Shown in pieces: positions 60,650 through 64,000 of a DNA stretch of 64,000 bases (position 1 is its first letter; every line of letters begins with the position of its first letter). The notes under the pieces are model-generated. The model saw only the letters and a list, made by a program, of their open reading frames with translations, made no database searches and was not told the DNA's origin. The stretch is taken from NCBI GenBank assembly GCA_913045315.1, contig CAJWQJ010000009.1, positions 16,569 through 80,568 on the forward strand, given 5' to 3'. The translations under genes were made by a program, and so were the position numbers. Source of the DNA: an uncultured Chloroflexota bacterium. Its GTDB lineage: Bacteria; Chloroflexota; Dehalococcoidia; Lucifugimonadales; UBA1127.

Positions 60650-63600
60650 ATGGATACGATTCATTTAAATATATGTGCTATTGAACAAATACCCGATAAA
60701 CTTCATGAACAGGTGCTTCTCAATCAGAAAGAGTTACAACGAGTAACCGTTATCGTGCCTTCAACAACATCACTTCGATCAATCAGGCATGGAATTGGAA
60801 AAAATGGATTATTCAATGTTCAATTTACAACACTTTCCAGAATTGCTGCTGATTTAAGTTCATCATACCTTCACGAAAAAGGATTTTCACCATTAACTCG
60901 TCCAATACGGTTATCTTCTCTACGGAAAATTGCATCAGAAATTGATGGACCCTTATCTGTATTCCAGAACTCAAAAGGATTTATTAACAGTCTAAGTACA
61001 GCATTTGAGGAATTATCCTCATCAAATGAGAAAAACTTGGAGAAATATCTTCCCCATGGCAATGAACTCACTCATGTCCTATTAGATACGTATAGAACAT
61101 TTATCAATGATACTTCATCTTTCTACGATACAAATGCATTATTGAATAATGCTGCTTCATTAGTTAAATCTACTAACATTAATGAACTTGGAACACTGAT
61201 TTTTTGTCTTGGATGGGACTATTCACCTCCTCAAATACACCTGATACGCTCGCTATTAAATGAAGTGGGAGGAACTGTACTTTTAGGAACAGTGGGTGAT
61301 TCGAGTGATTCACTCATAACAGATCTTATTGAAAGATTAGAAATTACTGGTGAATCACCTATATCTCAAAAACCTTTTACTGACTCAACAAGGTTACAAA
61401 TGGTACTTATTAATGATGCATCTGAAGAAATACGCTATATCATTCGTGATGTTTGTTCAGCATCAGCTAAAGGAGTTTCTTTTCATGAAATAGGCATTAT
61501 CTATAACCACGAATTTCCGTATCGCCAGCTAATAGAAGATGAACTTTCACTAGCGAACATTCCTATTTTTAGCCCTACCGGACGACGTTTACGAGAGACA
61601 CTCCCTGGAAGAATGCTTGATGGTCTATTAAACCTTTCAGAAAGTAACCTCCCAAGAAGAGAACTAATGGAATGGTTGAGCGATTGCCCCGTTAAACTTA
61701 CTTCCTCTATATCATCTCCTGCTGAATGGGATTCTTTTACAAGAGCAGCTCGGTTTGTACAAGGAATTGAAAATTGGAATGAACGAATTACAACATTTAT
61801 CCAACAAAAAGAACGTATCCTTGATGACTATGATGGAAATGATGCAGTCATCAATCATGTTAAGCAAGAGATCGATGAGATCTCACAGATGAATGAATAC
61901 ATACTTAATCTACATGAAAATCTTAATCACGATAAATTTCACACCTGGAATACCTTAGCTGACTGGATTCTTGAAATCTTTGTTTTATATTTGGATGAAG
62001 CTAAATTATCAACAAAAGACCAAGCTGCACTTGAGATAATAAAAGAAAAGGTAAACGAATTATCTGCACTGGATAACCTCGATGAAACAGTCTCCTATGA
62101 AGAATTTAAGGAATCCCTACTCGATATCCTTGAAGGTAATGAAGGACAAGTAGGAAAATTTGGAAGTGGGATATTTGTCGGATCTCCTCGAATGGCTGCT
62201 GGAATGAAATTTAAACAAAGCTATATAGCCGGTGTTTCAGAAGGACATTTCCCATCATCTCGGGTAAATCAACCATTTCTCACTGACACATTTCGTGAAG
62301 CATCTGGGGGACGTAAAACAGGGCTAATTACGCGAAATGAACGAGACATTATTCAACGATTTGAATTCATGAGCATTATACGATCATCTGAAAAATGTAC
62401 CATTTCTACACCTAGAGGAGATTTCAAAGAGCAACGTGCTCTCTATCCTTCAAAATGGTTCCTTGAAATTGCGTCAGAGCTTGCAGGATATCAGGTAAAT
62501 TCAAAAGATTGGATCCATCTATCCAAAGAATCATGGTTAATATCTATTCCATCAAAAATTGCAGCGATTCGTTCTTTAAAATCAGATGAGTACGCATCAA
62601 TATTCGAATTTGATCTGGCTACATTAGATAACTGGATTCTTAACGATAAAAAAATTGAATTAAGTCCTCTTATTGACGATACCCATCCAATAAGAAAAGC
62701 TACGATGACAAATCAAAATAGACAATCTAATTCAGTTACTCCCTGGGATGGTGATATCTCAGAAGTAATAGACAAAGATAAGGCAATACAACTGCTACAG
62801 AATACCTCACTATCACCGACAATGTTGGAAACTTATGCGACATGTCCATATAGATTCTTTCTTCGTTATCGTCTTGGCTTGGCTAAACTCGACACGCCTG
62901 AAGAATCCCCTTCTCAAATAGATGCACGAGATCAAGGATTACTTCTACATAAAATATTTGAGCGATTCCATATAGCGATATTAGACAACAATGACAATCC
63001 AGGTCCTGAAAACATATGGACAGAAAAACATCGTAAATTAATGAGGGATATTAGTTATGCATCTTTTAAAGAATGGGAAAATGAAGGATTAATTAACCAA
63101 GGAATTTATTGGGAATTGGATAAAGACAAAATACTTACCCTCGTTGAAGCATATTTAAATGAAGATTTTCGATTACGTTTACGATTTGCAAATTCCACAA
63201 GTGCGGTAGAGCATCGATTTGGGTTTTCTATAGATGATGATAATGTACAAAAATCATGGGTTGCACCTGAAATAGACATTCCACATATCGGAACCTTGAA
63301 ATTTCGAGGGATTATTGATCGAATCGATACCTCTCCTGATGGGAATAAAGCACTGATACTTGATTTAAAAACAGGTTCAAATTTTGGATACAGAGATCTA
63401 AATAAAGACATTTTTAACAGTGGTAAAAAATTGCAAATTCCAATTTATTTATTGGCAGCAAAAAAGAATATTCCTGATGTTGAAGCAAAAGCTGCATATT
63501 GGATGGTAGGGTTTAAAGGTCAATACAAGGTATTCCCAGATTCACCTCCGACTTATGAAGAAATTGAAAATGATATGAATTCAATTATGGAAAAGATTGC

Positions 63601-63781
63601 AAATGGAATGGTAAGTGGACTCTTTCCTTCTAATCCCGGAACAAATAATTCTAATTGTACATTTTGCGATTTTAACCAAATTTGCCCACAACAACGTGAA
63701 ATGTACTGGGAAAACAAACGAAATAAGGATGCTCGACTCTCTCATTATCTTTCCTTAGAGAAGAAAGAATTTACTGAATAA
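60650..63781 (+). CDS. addB: AddB/RexB-like helicase-nuclease subunit (PD-(D/E)XK nuclease with Fe-S staple)
   Basis: SPT.LE.YA.CPY, G...H..FE, RGIIDRID, DLKTG, LQIPIY, CTFCDFNQIC; inactive helicase-like N-terminus. Confidence 0.82.
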   Translation: MDTIHLNICAIEQIPDKLHEQVLLNQKELQRVTVIVPSTTSLRSIRHGIGKNGLFNVQFTTLSRIAADLSSSYLHEKGFSPLTRPIRLSSLRKIASEIDGPLSVFQNSKGFINSLSTAFEELSSSNEKNLEKYLPHGNELTHVLLDTYRTFINDTSSFYDTNALLNNAASLVKSTNINELGTLIFCLGWDYSPPQIHLIRSLLNEVGGTVLLGTVGDSSDSLITDLIERLEITGESPISQKPFTDSTRLQMVLINDASEEIRYIIRDVCSASAKGVSFHEIGIIYNHEFPYRQLIEDELSLANIPIFSPTGRRLRETLPGRMLDGLLNLSESNLPRRELMEWLSDCPVKLTSSISSPAEWDSFTRAARFVQGIENWNERITTFIQQKERILDDYDGNDAVINHVKQEIDEISQMNEYILNLHENLNHDKFHTWNTLADWILEIFVLYLDEAKLSTKDQAALEIIKEKVNELSALDNLDETVSYEEFKESLLDILEGNEGQVGKFGSGIFVGSPRMAAGMKFKQSYIAGVSEGHFPSSRVNQPFLTDTFREASGGRKTGLITRNERDIIQRFEFMSIIRSSEKCTISTPRGDFKEQRALYPSKWFLEIASELAGYQVNSKDWIHLSKESWLISIPSKIAAIRSLKSDEYASIFEFDLATLDNWILNDKKIELSPLIDDTHPIRKATMTNQNRQSNSVTPWDGDISEVIDKDKAIQLLQNTSLSPTMLETYATCPYRFFLRYRLGLAKLDTPEESPSQIDARDQGLLLHKIFERFHIAILDNNDNPGPENIWTEKHRKLMRDISYASFKEWENEGLINQGIYWELDKDKILTLVEAYLNEDFRLRLRFANSTSAVEHRFGFSIDDDNVQKSWVAPEIDIPHIGTLKFRGIIDRIDTSPDGNKALILDLKTGSNFGYRDLNKDIFNSGKKLQIPIYLLAAKKNIPDVEAKAAYWMVGFKGQYKVFPDSPPTYEEIENDMNSIMEKIANGMVSGLFPSNPGTNNSNCTFCDFNQICPQQREMYWENKRNKDARLSHYLSLEKKEFTE

Positions 63782-64000
63782 TGGATACTATCAACGTAAA
63801 TGACAATAAAGCAAGAATCGAAGTAGAGAAAAACTTCACGGATACGTTGTACTTGGAAGCAGGTGCTGGAACTGGAAAAACTACACGTTTAGTCAATAGA
63901 ATTATTGCAATCATTCTCAATGAAAAGGCGAATCTTCAAGAAATTGCAGTTATAACATTTACCGGGGCTGCTGCTGCAGAACTTCTGGATAGAATTCGTG
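63781..64000 (+). CDS. addA: AddA/UvrD-family helicase, N-terminal fragment (runs off the window)
   Basis: ATG at 63781 overlaps the addB stop (TAATG); EAGAGTGKT Walker A and ITFT..AA.EL..RIR. Confidence 0.82.
   Translation, partial: MDTINVNDNKARIEVEKNFTDTLYLEAGAGTGKTTRLVNRIIAIILNEKANLQEIAVITFTGAAAAELLDRIR

Noticed and set aside
60650-63781. Cas4-like nuclease suggesting a CRISPR or defence locus
   Set aside because: The Fe-S PD-(D/E)XK domain is C-terminal to a helicase-like body and coupled to a UvrD-type gene, which fits AddAB; no array or cas genes seen

Overview
AT-rich, very gene-dense bacterial chromosome segment. Gene content and order (rpsO-pnp-dapB-asd-dapA, dapF-dapL-hflX, CIRCE-controlled groESL, GuaA with an N-terminal extension, paralogous FAH/VOC/Ldh_2/NHL catabolic genes, P/T-rich lipoproteins) suggest Chloroflexota, Dehalococcoidia/SAR202-like; this is an inference, not a database result. 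Most of the window is housekeeping: lysine, purine, glycolysis, tRNA modification, chaperonin and addAB genes. Two tRNA genes missed by the ORF track are present: tRNA-Thr(CGT) and a selenocysteine tRNA (UCA) directly behind trxA. The best candidate for an undescribed system is a tight operon coaE - CbbQ/NorQ AAA+ - CoA-type Nudix - 1089-aa NorD/CbbO-like vWA protein with an extra helical-repeat N-terminus and no Rubisco or NO-reductase client nearby. Other points of interest are a FAH-FAH/VOC/Ldh_2-LhgO cluster, two genes (thpR, hflX) that appear to need ATT starts, several proteins with degenerate active sites, a perfect 20-bp palindrome upstream of a Cys-rich orphan, and a secreted-protein cluster. 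No CRISPR array, rRNA, integrase or transposase was seen.
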